A DNA stretch of 64,000 nucleotides from an uncultured virus (IMG/VR IMGVR_UViG_3300028416_000010). Lineage: Duplodnaviria; Heunggongvirae; Uroviricota; Caudoviricetes. Shown here in pieces: positions 30,939 to 43,414 of the stretch. Both the position numbers and the translations under genes were made by a program. Under the pieces are notes generated by a model. The model was not told the DNA's origin. It worked only from the letters and a program-made list of their open reading frames with translations, and ran no database searches. Each line of letters starts with the position of its first letter. Within the stretch, counting starts at the first letter, position 1. Where the stretch lies: IMG/VR virus record IMGVR_UViG_3300028416_000010, one strand, 5' to 3'.

Positions 30939-33749
30939 TTACTTATTGGGTTTTCTCCAACATTGTATCCAAAAATTTAACCATAGTATTTGAATATCTA
31001 ATGAAAAATAATAACTTCCTATGTTATTTTGTTTATTAAATTTTAACACCAATCCGAAATCCCACCAATCCCAAAATATATTGATTTTGAATATTTTATG
31101 AATTAGATTTCCAAATGTTTTAAAATTCCTCATTATTTTTTAATTTAATTTGTTCAATAATACTTTCTATAGAATACTTAGGGTGAGGCGGATTTTCTTT
31201 ATCTCTAATCCTTGCTTGTAAAATAGCTCTTTTCATATCATCTTCAGTAAACATTTCTTGTTCAGCTGTTTTATATCCTTTGATGAATGAACCATAATTA
31301 TCTCCAATCTCATTTGTATTATTAGACCATTTATGCTCGTTTGCATCTATCCATTGTTCAGCTAACCATTCAACATAATCAGGAATACCTTCAAGTTCTA
31401 ACTCAGGTGATGCTGCTATGATTTTCACAACATCAGTTATTAACATTTCATCATTCATTGATAAACCAAATTTATCTTTAGGTATAAATGATTTACTACC
31501 ATTAGATTCTGAATAACTATGTATTTCATATATACAACCTTTTGATAAATGATACACAATATCTGTTTTTTCTACATATTTATCAACCCAAACATAACAG
31601 TTGTCTCTAATTTTAATTTTTTCTATGTTCATCTGTGTTATCTTTAACTGTTTTAACTACTACACATATAGTGTCTCCTATATGAAACAAATCTTCACCA
31701 TCAAAAGGAACATCAATAGTTACCATTTGTTTAGGGGATGTTACATAAAACTTTGGGTATCTTCCAACCCTAATATTACCTTCGTCTTTAGCTGTTACCA
31801 ACCCTTTAACAATTTCTGTGCTTACTACTGTATAATCTTGACTACAAGATATGAATGTAAATAACGTCAATGTGTATAATAATTTTCTCATTGTATTAAA
31901 TTTTTAAGTGTATATTCTATTGCTGCTGAGTAAGCTTCTGTTGGTGTTTTATGTTTAAACCCAGTGTCTTTACTATATTGTATAGATTCATCAATGTTCA
32001 ACCTTTTATAATTGAAATGCCACTCATTTCCATTTGTGTTTCTAACACATAACCAAATTCCATTCTTCTCATACAACCACATTACAACGTCTGCAATTGT
32101 TGGTGCTGGTATGTCACATAACAATTTATCCTTAGTCAATCGACCAGTATACGATGAAGTTTGATGCTCTACACCTCTGTATATGTAGGCTTCAACTGAT
32201 TTAATGATAATACTCTTATCAAGTAGCAACTTTGCAATTTCAAAATTTACTGGTGTGTTCATGTTACTTAATTTCTAAATTAAAAAAATCTGATTTTGCT
32301 AAATCTTTAGCTTTTGCTTTTCGCCATTTGTTATAAAACATACCAGGACTTTCGCCAGGCTCTTTATACTCAAGCATCAGAACTAAACCAAGTAATGTTT
32401 GTTTAAAGTAATAACGTCCTGTTAAATTACTATAAGTGCTATTTTTACTCATATCTCTTCCAGTTTCTACTTCTTATTAATTTTAACCACATATTAAAAT
32501 AATGTATTAAGTTCTTCTCTTAAAACTATTAATTCTTCTTTAGTTTTAGATAAATCTTTTTCATATTTTTTAATAAGGTAATCATGAATTAATTCACCAT
32601 CAATAAAATTACTTAATTTTTCTTTTGGATAATCCTTAACTATATCCAAATATTTTGAGTAACTTTTATACCTAAGAACAATCAAACTATAAGGATTTTT
32701 ATAATCATAATCAACTTTATGATAAGTGTCAAATATATCATCAATTAAATCTTCATAGTTCTCATCAAAGAAGAAAAGAATTTTACCATTTTCATCTCTT
32801 TTGACATCAAAATTAAACCAAGTTTCATCAGATATGTAACTCTTATCTCTATCAATAATCTTTTTAGATAAGTTAAGATTTAACGAACCATAACTCGTAA
32901 TAACTTTAACACTATCTAAATGTATACAAATACGAACACCTTTCTTAATAATTATCTCATTAACAATCGACTTATGTATACCATCAATTTGTGAAGATTC
33001 ATTAATGATTAATTTATCAATTTTTAATGGAATACACTCATTAATATTTAAGTAATCAGGTTTCCCATCTATAATAAATTGGTTTATTGATAAATCTCCT
33101 ATATTTTTTTGGAATACCAATTGGATTCTCTCGTCTTTATCGATTCTGATAATATCAATAGGTTTTTTTATTGTTACATAATTCACACCATATTGAAATT
33201 TAACACCAGTTAAACCTCTTTTTGGTTCTAATGTTGTTACTTCTTCTCCGTTTTTGAATTTTATATACATATTTTTTAATCTATTTTAATGTCGTCATAA
33301 TAGATAGCAACTCTAAAGTTCATTTCTTCTGTTAAAATACTTAACTTATCTATCGTCATTTCAACTTTAGTTTCACTATAATAATACTCATCATAGGTTT
33401 TTCTTTGCAAAAAACTATTTTCAATCTCAGGGAATACACCTTGCAAATCTCTCATTACGTTTCCTTCCACAATTCCATTTAAAACTAAATTTCTTTTCAT
33501 CTATTGTTGATTTAATATCCTTTCTAATTCTTGATTAAAAACACCTTTTTCATTTAAGGCACTTACCATCTCATCCCTTTGTTTTTTAAGGTATGTTATC
33601 ATATCCATCAAACTATAATAGGCATCTGAATAAGATTCTAATCCCTCAGTACAGGTTATGATGTATTCACTCTCTTCTTCTATATGTTTGATTGATATGG
33701 TTAAACCTTCAATTTTACCTAATATAATCATATTGTCTATTATTTTCAT
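30939..33749 (-). CDS. Run of hypothetical phage proteins, including a probable lipoprotein (31613-31891)
   Basis: Contiguous ORFs; lipobox-like FISC at 31613-31891. Confidence 0.65.
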
Positions 33750-34045
33750 AACATTTATTTTTTATTATAAACAAATATAAACAATATTTTATTAATTAAC
33801 CAATAATGTTATAAATTCTTGTCTTGTTATTTTTTCTAATTTCATAAATTCTTCTCTTGTTATTTTTTCTACACTTTTGCATCATAATAATATAACGAAA
33901 GTTTGTGTGTTTTATTACACTTTTATTAAACTCAAAAAATCCCCCCAGAAAAATAAAAAACGAATATACAAATGTAAGTTAATAAATTTTTTGTTTTTAT
34001 AATTTTTTTTTCTAAATTAGTAACGAATATTAAAAATTATAAATT

Positions 34046-34492
34046 ATGGGAAGATATTATGACGGAGACATCTCTGGAAAATTTATGTTCGGAGTACAAG
34101 ATAGTAATGCAGCGGATAGATTTGGCTCAATTGGAGAAACTGATGACTCTTATGAAGATGAAACACTTATTTATTCTTTTAATCGTAATCACTTAAATAA
34201 AGTTTCAAAAGAAATATATAAGTTAGAAGAGAGTTTAAATAAAAAACTAAAAGGTGCTGAAGAATTGTTGGATAATTTTTTTTCTGATGAACAAATAGAA
34301 ACTTATAACAATAGAAAAATTTCAAGATATTTCACTAAACATAAACCTGAAATCTGGAAAGATAAATATAAGGGATTCAAAGAAGATATGGTACAACTTA
34401 TTTTAAGTGATTACGCAGACTTGAAATTAGGAAGACAAATTCAAGAACAACTAATGAAACATGGAACATGCGGATTTGAAGCCGATAATTAA
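34046..34492 (+). CDS. Hypothetical phage protein (MGRYYDGDISGKF)
   Basis: 148-aa ORF with A-rich initiation region; a rare + strand gene. Confidence 0.8.
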   Translation: MGRYYDGDISGKFMFGVQDSNAADRFGSIGETDDSYEDETLIYSFNRNHLNKVSKEIYKLEESLNKKLKGAEELLDNFFSDEQIETYNNRKISRYFTKHKPEIWKDKYKGFKEDMVQLILSDYADLKLGRQIQEQLMKHGTCGFEADN

Positions 34493-34589
34493 TAGGAATC
34501 TTTAAATTCAATAAATAGGATTGGGGGGGTTTTCGAATGCGATTTTATAAAACTACAAAAAAACATTAAATCAAAAATCCCCCCAGACA

Positions 34590-35050
34590 AAAAATAATAC
34601 ACACAATACCTAAAACATATACACATATAATCATATACTCATATAAATAAATCCTATACATAAACATATATACACATATACACATACATAAAACTAAATC
34701 ATTTATAAACATATAATCAAATAACAATACACACCTATACACAATTATATATTTACATAAAACAATATATACACATATACACATATACATAATATAAACA
34801 TACAATACAAATATTCCATATATACACATATAGACATTTACTATATACATACACATACACATACATATACACAATATACACAATATACACATATAGACAT
34901 TTCCTACATACACATATAAACATTTCCTGGGGGGACGTGGGCTAAAATGTATAAACCCAATAAAACAGTATAACAAAACTAATCATAACATACTTATAAC
35001 ATCAAACCTAAATAAATCAATATACACATAATACACATATACAAATTTCT
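34590..35050. repeat. Low-complexity (CA/TA)-rich tract, ACACATAT-type units
   Basis: Almost G-free on the + strand; the mirror-image TATGTGTA tract occurs at 36120-36330 and 37200-37375. Confidence 0.85.
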
Positions 35051-36394
35051 CAACCAAATAAAATTTAAACCATTTTATAAAGGTTAATAAACAATTTATT
35101 TAAAATGTATAATATATCTTAATTATAACTCAATAGGGAGAGTTTTTTGCTTTTTCAATATTACACAATAGGGAGAGTTTTTTTGGGGGGTTTTTAAACC
35201 ATTTTTTGATAGTAAATATTATACCACTTTTTAACACTTTTTCCTACCTTTTTTTATAAGGTTTTTTTAATGCTTTTTTAATCAATATTTTAACTCAATC
35301 TGGGGAGAGTTTTTTATCTTAATTAATCCAAAATTGTAAATTTATTACTTTTTTTTGCATCTTTATAATAGTTTGATTATCAAACTGTTAACCTCTTTAT
35401 TATATGATGGTTTTTTTATAGGGAGAGATTTGGGGGGGAGAAAGTGGTAATTTGTGGTAAAAAGTGGGATACAGAGCTTCTAGCATCAAGGTCTGCTCCC
35501 CCCACAAATCCCCCCCACAGAGTCTGCAGTCACATCAACCAACGTTACAGATTTTGCAGGGGGTTTTTTAATTAAAAGTTTTTAATTTTTTTTAATTAAA
35601 AGTTTAAAATATGTTTATATGTAAATTGTTGTTATTAGGGGGGTTATGATTTTGTTTTTGAAATGTGGGTTAAATTTTGTTAATTTTTTTAATTAAAAGT
35701 TGATATTTTTTTTTAATTAAAAAATCTTTTTTTTGGGGTTTTGATTTTAGTGTTAAAGTACAGTTATAGTTATTCCCTCAGACAAAATGGTTAATTTTTG
35801 TCTATGTTGTTATCATAATAATCAATTTGACATTTTGGGGGTAGGTAAAAAAATCACATTGATTATTTTCCTATGGGTAAAAAAACCAAATTGATTATTT
35901 CCCCCCCAAAAATTGGTCAATAATTGTACATATGACAATTTAGTCAATAAAATTTCCGAATAATTTAGGTATTAAAGAGAATGTAAGCTTCTTTTCGCCT
36001 TACATGAGTTAACTTTTAACTTTGTCTCCTCTATACTATATAAACGTAATAATAATAATAAAATTACAAATTGTTTAAAAAAAGTTTAAATTTTTTTGAT
36101 TACTTTAAAAAGTGGTTTTTTATATATGTGTATATGGTAATTATTTTTGTGGGGGGTTTTGAATTTTGTATATGTGTATATATACAATAATAAATTTATA
36201 TTTTCTGAAAATTTTTTATTTATTTTTCGGAAAATAGTTTTGTTTTATTGTATATATTGTTTTTTGTATATGTGTATAAAGAAATAAAATCCTTTCCAGG
36301 TAAACCAAAATTTCCTATATGTGTATATACAAAAAAAGGAGGATAACAATTAAGTTACCCCCCTCATACAAACAATATATGAATTACAATTATT

Positions 36395-36955
36395 TTACCA
36401 AGATGATTGGTATAATACTATTTCTTTTTCAAAATCTACTTTCTCTAAAGTTTCTTCAATTTGTTTTATGGTATCTTCTATGTCATCAAAATAATATTCA
36501 TCAATAGATGTGCTACCAAAGAAGAAACCATCTCTTGTTGGAAGAGTACCTTTAGTTTTTTCGATTTGTTCTAGTTTATTTTCACAATCTTTTAATTCTA
36601 AAGTTTCTTTACAAAGTTTAAGTAGTGTTTCTAAATGTTCTTTTGTAACTTCTGCCATTTGACATTCATCAATTCCATTTTGACAATTTTCAACAAACCA
36701 ACCATGTATTTGATTTGCTTTTCTCCAATAACCTATTTTATCCATTATTGTTAACCAACTTAAATGTCCTTCTGTAACTCTTAATACATCTGCTAATTCT
36801 TTTATATTTTGTATGTCAGGACACATTTTAGTAAGTCCACCCCCTTCAATGAACTCTTCTAGTTCATAAGGTAATTTACCTTCTATTTCATCATATTGTT
36901 CTGGAGTTATTCCTTCAACTCTTTTTGTTTTAAATAAATACATGTCTAATCCCAT
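36395..36955 (-). CDS. Conserved phage protein (MGLDMYL...YWRKANQIHGWF...GFFFG...YQSSW family)
   Basis: Recognisable motif set common in phages; function unknown. Confidence 0.8.
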   Translation of the reverse strand: MGLDMYLFKTKRVEGITPEQYDEIEGKLPYELEEFIEGGGLTKMCPDIQNIKELADVLRVTEGHLSWLTIMDKIGYWRKANQIHGWFVENCQNGIDECQMAEVTKEHLETLLKLCKETLELKDCENKLEQIEKTKGTLPTRDGFFFGSTSIDEYYFDDIEDTIKQIEETLEKVDFEKEIVLYQSSW

Positions 36956-37413
36956 AACTAATAAATTTTAAAGTGAATACACACTAATATAGTAATTTTA
37001 TTTTAATTAAATCAAAATAATAAAAACTTTTTTAATAATTTTTTTAAAATAATTTTATATGAGGGTGGAATGATAGGGGAATGATAATAACTTTTATATA
37101 TACAATAATAATTTTATATTTTCCGAAAACTTTATGATTATTTTTCGGAAAATTTTGTTTTATTATTGTATAACTTGTGTTTGTGTGTTTTGCTTTTTTT
37201 ATATATGTGTATATGTGTATATGTGTATAAAATAAATAAGGGGGGACAATTGCCCCCCCTCTACTATTGTTTGATATAATGTTTATTGAATAATTTTTTC
37301 TATATGTGTATATATATATTATTTTTATGTATATGTGTATATGTGTTTATGTGTTTATTGTTATTTGTATGTATGATTTTTTTTCTGGGGTGGTTTTTTG
37401 TTTTTGTTATTGT

Positions 37414-39952
37414 TTAGAGAACAGGAAAACTTAATTCGTCTATACTCCCTTCTACACTTCCCCCATCATTCCCCTCATCATCTCTTAATGGTATAATATG
37501 GGTTCCATCAGTAAAAAAGATTATGATTGGTCTACTATACCAACCAGACTTTTCTGCTTCCTCAGAAGTCATGTATCTAACGTTTTTGATTGTTTTACCT
37601 ACTAATGCTTTTGCTCTATTGTTCCAAAAGTTTTCTAAATCTTCGTATCTCATAATTTATTAATCTTTAATATTTACAACATAATATAGTAAACAAGTTT
37701 TAAATTAATCAAAAGTTTTTTTGTTTTTTTCTATATGTGTATATAATTTAGGAATAATCTTTAAATCTTTTTAACTCTTCTATAAAGACTTTTTTTAGTT
37801 CGGGGGACCATATACCTTGTGAACCTAATGACATATTGAAAATTTTTATTACATCTTGTTCTGTGAATGTTTTTTCTTCTAACTCTGTTATATATCTAAG
37901 TACACTAATTGGTGTAGTTGCATAATTTTCTTCAGCGTTATTTTTGTAATATTCTAAATCTTTTGTTTGTTGTTCTGTGTTATCCATATTAATGTTTTTA
38001 ATGTTGTTATTATCATGTAGTAAAGATAACATTTTTTAATCAAAAAGTTTGTAAATTATTTTATTTTTTTTCTGGAGGGATTTTTAAGTGTGTATATTTT
38101 TTTGTGTAGAATCAATGTGCTGCTGCAGCCTTAAAAATGCAGCTGCAGCTTTTTGTTGGGGGGGGCAAATTAGATTTGTGGGTATACAATAATTTTTCAT
38201 TATTTTCCGAAAAGTTTTTATTTATTTTTCGGAAAATATATTTTTTTTATTGTATATCTGTGTTTATTGTTCTGGAAATTTTAATGAAGGCAATCGAAGC
38301 GTCAACTGTAGAAAAAAGAAAGGGGGGACAAAATCCCCCCAATCTTATAAAATTAAAACACAAACATATAATACAAATATAATAATTTTAAAATTAAAGT
38401 CAATAAAAAAGGGATACAATTTTGTGCACCCCCCTTTTATTATTCGTAAATAATTAAATCTTATTTTAGTTTATCATAATTTATGATTATTTCACTTTGA
38501 TTTTTAAATTCCATTTTCATTTTATCTTGACCATATATTAAATGTAGCTCCATTTGTATTGTGTTATCTTTTGATTTTCTCTTGTCTACTAACTCATAAA
38601 AACCCACTCCAGAAAAACCTTCTGAAAACCATTCTCCTGTTCCAACAAATATTAATTGATTTCCTTTGAAGTAATATAAAGAGTCAATGTAAAATGCTTC
38701 GTCAACACTACCACTTAACCAAGTTTCTATATATACTTTTTCTTTTTTGTTTTCCATTTTATATTTCCCGGGTTCTATTTGAGAAAAAGAATAGTTAACA
38801 ATTATGAATAAAGCAAATAAGTTTAATATAATATTTTTCATCACTAATCTAGTTTAACTTGAAATTCTTCTTTGATTGGTTCTTTTGTGATTAAGTATCC
38901 TATACGATTTACTAAATGCATACCTGATACATAATACATATCAATAGTAGGTTCTCCAAAATCATCTTCTACTTCTTCATCTCCTTCAATAATTGTAATA
39001 ACTCTATTTTCTTTAGCCATTTGTTGAACTACCAATAATTCATCTCCATAAGTTTCAAATAGACATCCATCAAAAGAAGCGTTATCTTCTAAGTGATTTT
39101 CAATAAGTTCATACTTTTCATAAAATTGCTCTTCTGTTAAATGTGTCATAAGTTCTATTTTATATTTTTTAATAAATCTTGTTTAGAAATAAAGTTTATT
39201 GGAGGATAATGATTTAAGCATCTTTTAATTTCAATTTCATGCAACGCAGCTTCTATATGTAGTTTAGCAAATTCTTTCATTGCCTCAATAAAACTTTCTT
39301 CATCTACTAAATATTCTGCATCTCCTTCTTCATGTTGAATAAGGTCTGCATACTCTTTAAGAAAATCTTTTGCTGTTGGTAACTCTTTCATATTATAAAT
39401 CTTTTAATGTTATATTATAGTATAGTAATCTTTTTTTAAAGTAATCAAAAAATTGTATTGTTTTTTTCTGGGGGGCTATTCTAATTCTTCTTTGAGTTTA
39501 TCTATTTCATCCCTTATAATAACAGCACTTTCAAAATCTTCATTACTTATAGCATCTTCTAAATCAATCTCAAGCTCTTCTATTTTATAAGTTTTATGTG
39601 ATTTCAAAATTTCACTTTTAGGTTTTATTTTACATTCAACTTCTAAACCTGCTGATGCTTTATGATGTTCGATGGAACCAGAAATTATAAAACCCCAACT
39701 ACTCAACACTTCTTTTAGTTCTGAAATTCCCATTGGCCCTTTATAGTACAATTCAGATTTATCAACTTCTTCTATACCTATTTTTTGTAATTGTGGATAT
39801 AGTTCTGTTATCCAATTATCAATTAAAAATTTCCCTTTTAAATCCCATGCTGTTATTAATATTGAATAACCTTCTAATTCAAAATAATAATATTTATCTT
39901 TATCCTTTTCTGTTAACTCTTGGATGTTTAAAATAAATTCGTTTTGTTTCAT
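37414..39952 (-). CDS. Small hypothetical proteins (37414-37653, 37748-~37987, 38461-38844 secreted, 38844-39149, 39155-39391, 39476-39952 with C-terminal UVR-like helix)
   Basis: ORF track; 'LEDAISNEDFESAVIIRDEI' resembles the UvrB/UvrC motif. Confidence 0.65.
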
Positions 39953-40018
39953 ATTGTATTTACATTAAAAAAATAATCCCCCACAAATTTACGTTTTTTA
40001 TTGGGGGGGTGCAAATTT

Positions 40019-42514
40019 TTATTTTTTAATTTTTGAAAGTTCTAAATCTATCATTTTCATTAATTCTCCCCTCATAAATTCTAAACCACTTCCTGTTTCT
40101 CCTACTTTATTATAATCTCTAAAAGTCCATTCGTAATTACTTTGAACTTCATTGAACATAAAACTAATTATTGGATATTTAACTTTTAATTCTTGTTCAG
40201 CTTTTTCAATGATTTCCATTTTTAAATAACCACTTAAATCTTCTAAGTTTGTTTTATCCATATATTGTTTTGCTAACTCTAAAATAGCTCTCCCTTTAAA
40301 TATTGAAGAAAAGTCTGTCGTTTCTTCAAATTGGCCCAATACAGGAACTTTAAATTTAAAAACATCTAACCCATTTAATAGAAGGTATTTTTTATACATA
40401 TTATTTTTAAAATATTTTTCGTATGTATAAGAATCTTTAGTGAAAGTGTTAATTTCTTTTATTTCTTCCATTTGAGTTTGTTTAACTAATAAATTTACAA
40501 AATCTTCATTTTTTAACAAATCTTCAAATGCAGCTTTAAGGCCTATAATTATATTTTTATCTTTTTTAACAAGTTCTAAATCTTTTTCTTTTACAGAAAT
40601 AAATTTATATTTGTATGCTTGTAACATTCTACTTAATTCAAATTGACTTATTAGAATTGAGTTACCTTCTTCATCTTTACTGACTTCAAATGTGTTTAAA
40701 GTTGAATCTGATGTAAAGTTATTTAGTTTGAAGCTAACTTTATCTAAATCTTTTAATTCTGCATGTTCATTAAGTGGGACTAAAACTACTTTTGTATTTT
40801 CATCTACATTAAAATCAAAATCTGTAATTTGTTTTTCTTCAACATTAAAAGTCATTTTAAGTTTTAATACATTACCTATTTGCTCTCTATATGTTTTAGC
40901 TTGAAATTTCCTTGCAAAAATTGTTTTTAAATTTTTGTCTTTTTTTGTAGCAACATAATTTGAACTTCTTTGTACTTTTGTTTTTTCTACTTCTTCATAA
41001 TTAATAACATTTATATTAATTTCTTTTAACAATTTAATAAAGTTATTATCTTTTAAGTCTCCCTCAAAGCCAAATAAGAAAATAATACCATTTAAACCTT
41101 TTTCTTCTATTTCTTTTTGTAGTGTTAAATTTTTATTATAATTACTTTTTTCATTAATTCTTTTAAATACTATTAAATTATTTTTTAATAATTCTTCATT
41201 TGGTAATTCACTATTAATTAAATTCTTTTTAGTAAAATAAAATCTATCTCCATTTAATATTTGGTAAAAATCTAATGAGCTTAAAGATAGACTTTTTAAG
41301 TTTGAATATGTTTTTACTTCTGGGTAGTGGTTTTTTATTAATGTTTTAGCGTTATAATTTCTATAAAAATCTTTAAATATAAATTCAACTTTTGAATGTT
41401 TACCAATACTCTCCCCATTATAACTAAAAGAGTTAAAGTACATAATTTTTTCTAATTCAGTTGTTTTACTTTTAAACTCTTCTAAAATGTTTGTTTCTAT
41501 AAGGTTAACTAACTTTTCAAATTTTGAAATTATTAATTTTATATTTTCTTCTGTATATTCAATATCTTCTCTACTTGCTGACAAAGTAAGTTCTCCAGTT
41601 TCAAAGCAAAGTAATATATTTCTTTTAACCGTTTTATAAGAGTGTCTTGAAATCATTGAATAAAGAAAAGAATTTTCTAATTTTCTTCTTGAATCTTCAC
41701 TAATTCTCCCCAATTTTGTAGTACTTAATGAATAAGGAATCCCATCAATTTCTAAAAACATTTCATCATAAGCTACATCGAATAAAGAAGTTTGGTAATC
41801 TCCATATATAACTCTAAAATCTTTTTCATTCAACAAATCTTTAATGTCTAAGTTTTGTTTTTCATTTTCAAACATTATTGTAGGTTGTACTTCCCATAAA
41901 GAAGTTGCTTTTCTACTTTCTTCTAAAAATTCGTATTTATCTTCTTCTTTAATAGGGACAATTATTTCAGTACCTGTTTCTTCTGTTGTTTCCATAGAAG
42001 AAACTAATATTAATTGTGAAACTTCTTGTCCTCCTTCATTAGAAATTAGTGCCTGATAGACATTGTGTAACCTAACTCCATTTTCTTCTGAAATAGTTGA
42101 AATTAAAAATTCATTAGTATAAGCAAATGGGGTTTTTGCACCAATACCGAATCCTCCTGTTTGATTATTTGAATCTCTTTTAGTTGAGCTACCGTATTTA
42201 AGAAAAACATTATCAATTCTTGAAGGGCTAATACCTACTCCACTATCTTTAAAAGATATAGAGGCTCCTTCATCTAGTAAACTGTTTGAACTAGAAATAT
42301 TTATTGTAATAGGTAAGTTGTTTTTACCAGCTTCTCTATTTGCATCTCTTGAATTTGAAGCAACCTCTCTACAAACTGCAGCAACTTTATTGGAGTATAA
42401 TTTATCTCTCAAAATGCTAACAATCATTTGATTGCTTGTATCTATTGTAAATTCTTTTTTAGAATTTAAGTTTAAAGTTTCTGTTTTTTCGCCTGTCAAA
42501 TTTTGCAATTTCAT
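40019..42514 (-). CDS. rIIA-like protein with N-terminal GHKL/HSP90-type ATPase
   Basis: LYSNK, REVASNSRDA, DSGVG, SSTKRDSN, GGFGIGAKTPFAY, GT; SASRE motif. Confidence 0.85.
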   Translation of the reverse strand: MKLQNLTGEKTETLNLNSKKEFTIDTSNQMIVSILRDKLYSNKVAAVCREVASNSRDANREAGKNNLPITINISSSNSLLDEGASISFKDSGVGISPSRIDNVFLKYGSSTKRDSNNQTGGFGIGAKTPFAYTNEFLISTISEENGVRLHNVYQALISNEGGQEVSQLILVSSMETTEETGTEIIVPIKEEDKYEFLEESRKATSLWEVQPTIMFENEKQNLDIKDLLNEKDFRVIYGDYQTSLFDVAYDEMFLEIDGIPYSLSTTKLGRISEDSRRKLENSFLYSMISRHSYKTVKRNILLCFETGELTLSASREDIEYTEENIKLIISKFEKLVNLIETNILEEFKSKTTELEKIMYFNSFSYNGESIGKHSKVEFIFKDFYRNYNAKTLIKNHYPEVKTYSNLKSLSLSSLDFYQILNGDRFYFTKKNLINSELPNEELLKNNLIVFKRINEKSNYNKNLTLQKEIEEKGLNGIIFLFGFEGDLKDNNFIKLLKEININVINYEEVEKTKVQRSSNYVATKKDKNLKTIFARKFQAKTYREQIGNVLKLKMTFNVEEKQITDFDFNVDENTKVVLVPLNEHAELKDLDKVSFKLNNFTSDSTLNTFEVSKDEEGNSILISQFELSRMLQAYKYKFISVKEKDLELVKKDKNIIIGLKAAFEDLLKNEDFVNLLVKQTQMEEIKEINTFTKDSYTYEKYFKNNMYKKYLLLNGLDVFKFKVPVLGQFEETTDFSSIFKGRAILELAKQYMDKTNLEDLSGYLKMEIIEKAEQELKVKYPIISFMFNEVQSNYEWTFRDYNKVGETGSGLEFMRGELMKMIDLELSKIKK

Positions 42515-42594
42515 ATTTCTTATTTTTAATGTTAATTATGTTATATTATAGTAATAGTCTTTTAAAGTAATCAAAAAATAAATCAATTTTTTTA

Positions 42595-43368
42595 TTATTT
42601 TTTAAAAATATCTTCAAAAATATCATAAGATATTTCAAAAAGTTTTTCATTTTTAATTTCAACAATTCCTTTAATGTTTTTAATTTCTTCTTTTTTGTAA
42701 ACTTTAAATCTTGAAACATAAATTTGATTTTTCATAGTAAAAGAAATTATATCAAATGGATTAATTAAAGCATAAAATTTAATTTCATCAATACTTTGTT
42801 TTGATATTAAACTTAAAGAAAAAGAAGTGTTATTATTTTTTACTCTTATAATATCTCCATTTTCTAACTTTGAAATTCTTATAGGTTCTCCAATTACTTT
42901 TTTTGAGATTTCTTCTTCTTCTTTTAATGTTATAGGCAATAATAAATTTCCTTGTTTAGTTAATCCTATTTCTTTAACTTCTTTAAATAAATTATAATAA
43001 CCTTCTGAAACATCTATTGAAGAAAAGAATATTTTTTTTGATAATTTGTATAGTGGCTTAACATCTTCCCCTGTTGACATTAATTCTATACCTTTTCTAA
43101 TTAGTAATTTAGAGAAGTTATTTGGTTTATTATGAAAACAATCTATTACATTTCCATTTTCTATTTTAAAGTATTTTTTAATATAATCAAAAAGTTTATC
43201 TTCAAAGTTATCAAATAGATTTAATATTTCTTGTGTATTATTATCAATAATATATTTATGTATGATATCAAAAAATTCAGGACTTTTTTCTTTTGAAATT
43301 GTTTGTTTTTTACCATTGACAAACACCATAATTTTCCCTCCCAGCTTAATTGCACTTACATTATTCAT
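42595..43368 (-). CDS. Divergent rIIB-like protein
   Basis: Adjacent to rIIA; 'GLTKQGNLL' and 'INPFDII...VSRFKV' echo rIIB motifs. Confidence 0.5.
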   Translation of the reverse strand: MNNVSAIKLGGKIMVFVNGKKQTISKEKSPEFFDIIHKYIIDNNTQEILNLFDNFEDKLFDYIKKYFKIENGNVIDCFHNKPNNFSKLLIRKGIELMSTGEDVKPLYKLSKKIFFSSIDVSEGYYNLFKEVKEIGLTKQGNLLLPITLKEEEEISKKVIGEPIRISKLENGDIIRVKNNNTSFSLSLISKQSIDEIKFYALINPFDIISFTMKNQIYVSRFKVYKKEEIKNIKGIVEIKNEKLFEISYDIFEDIFKK

Positions 43369-43414
43369 AATAACTTTTTTTGATTACACTATATTATAGT
43401 AAAAACTTTTTAAA

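Noticed and set aside
34566..34976. 136-aa minus-strand ORF
   Set aside because: Translation of a low-complexity CA/TA tract (Y/M/C/V/I only); almost certainly spurious.
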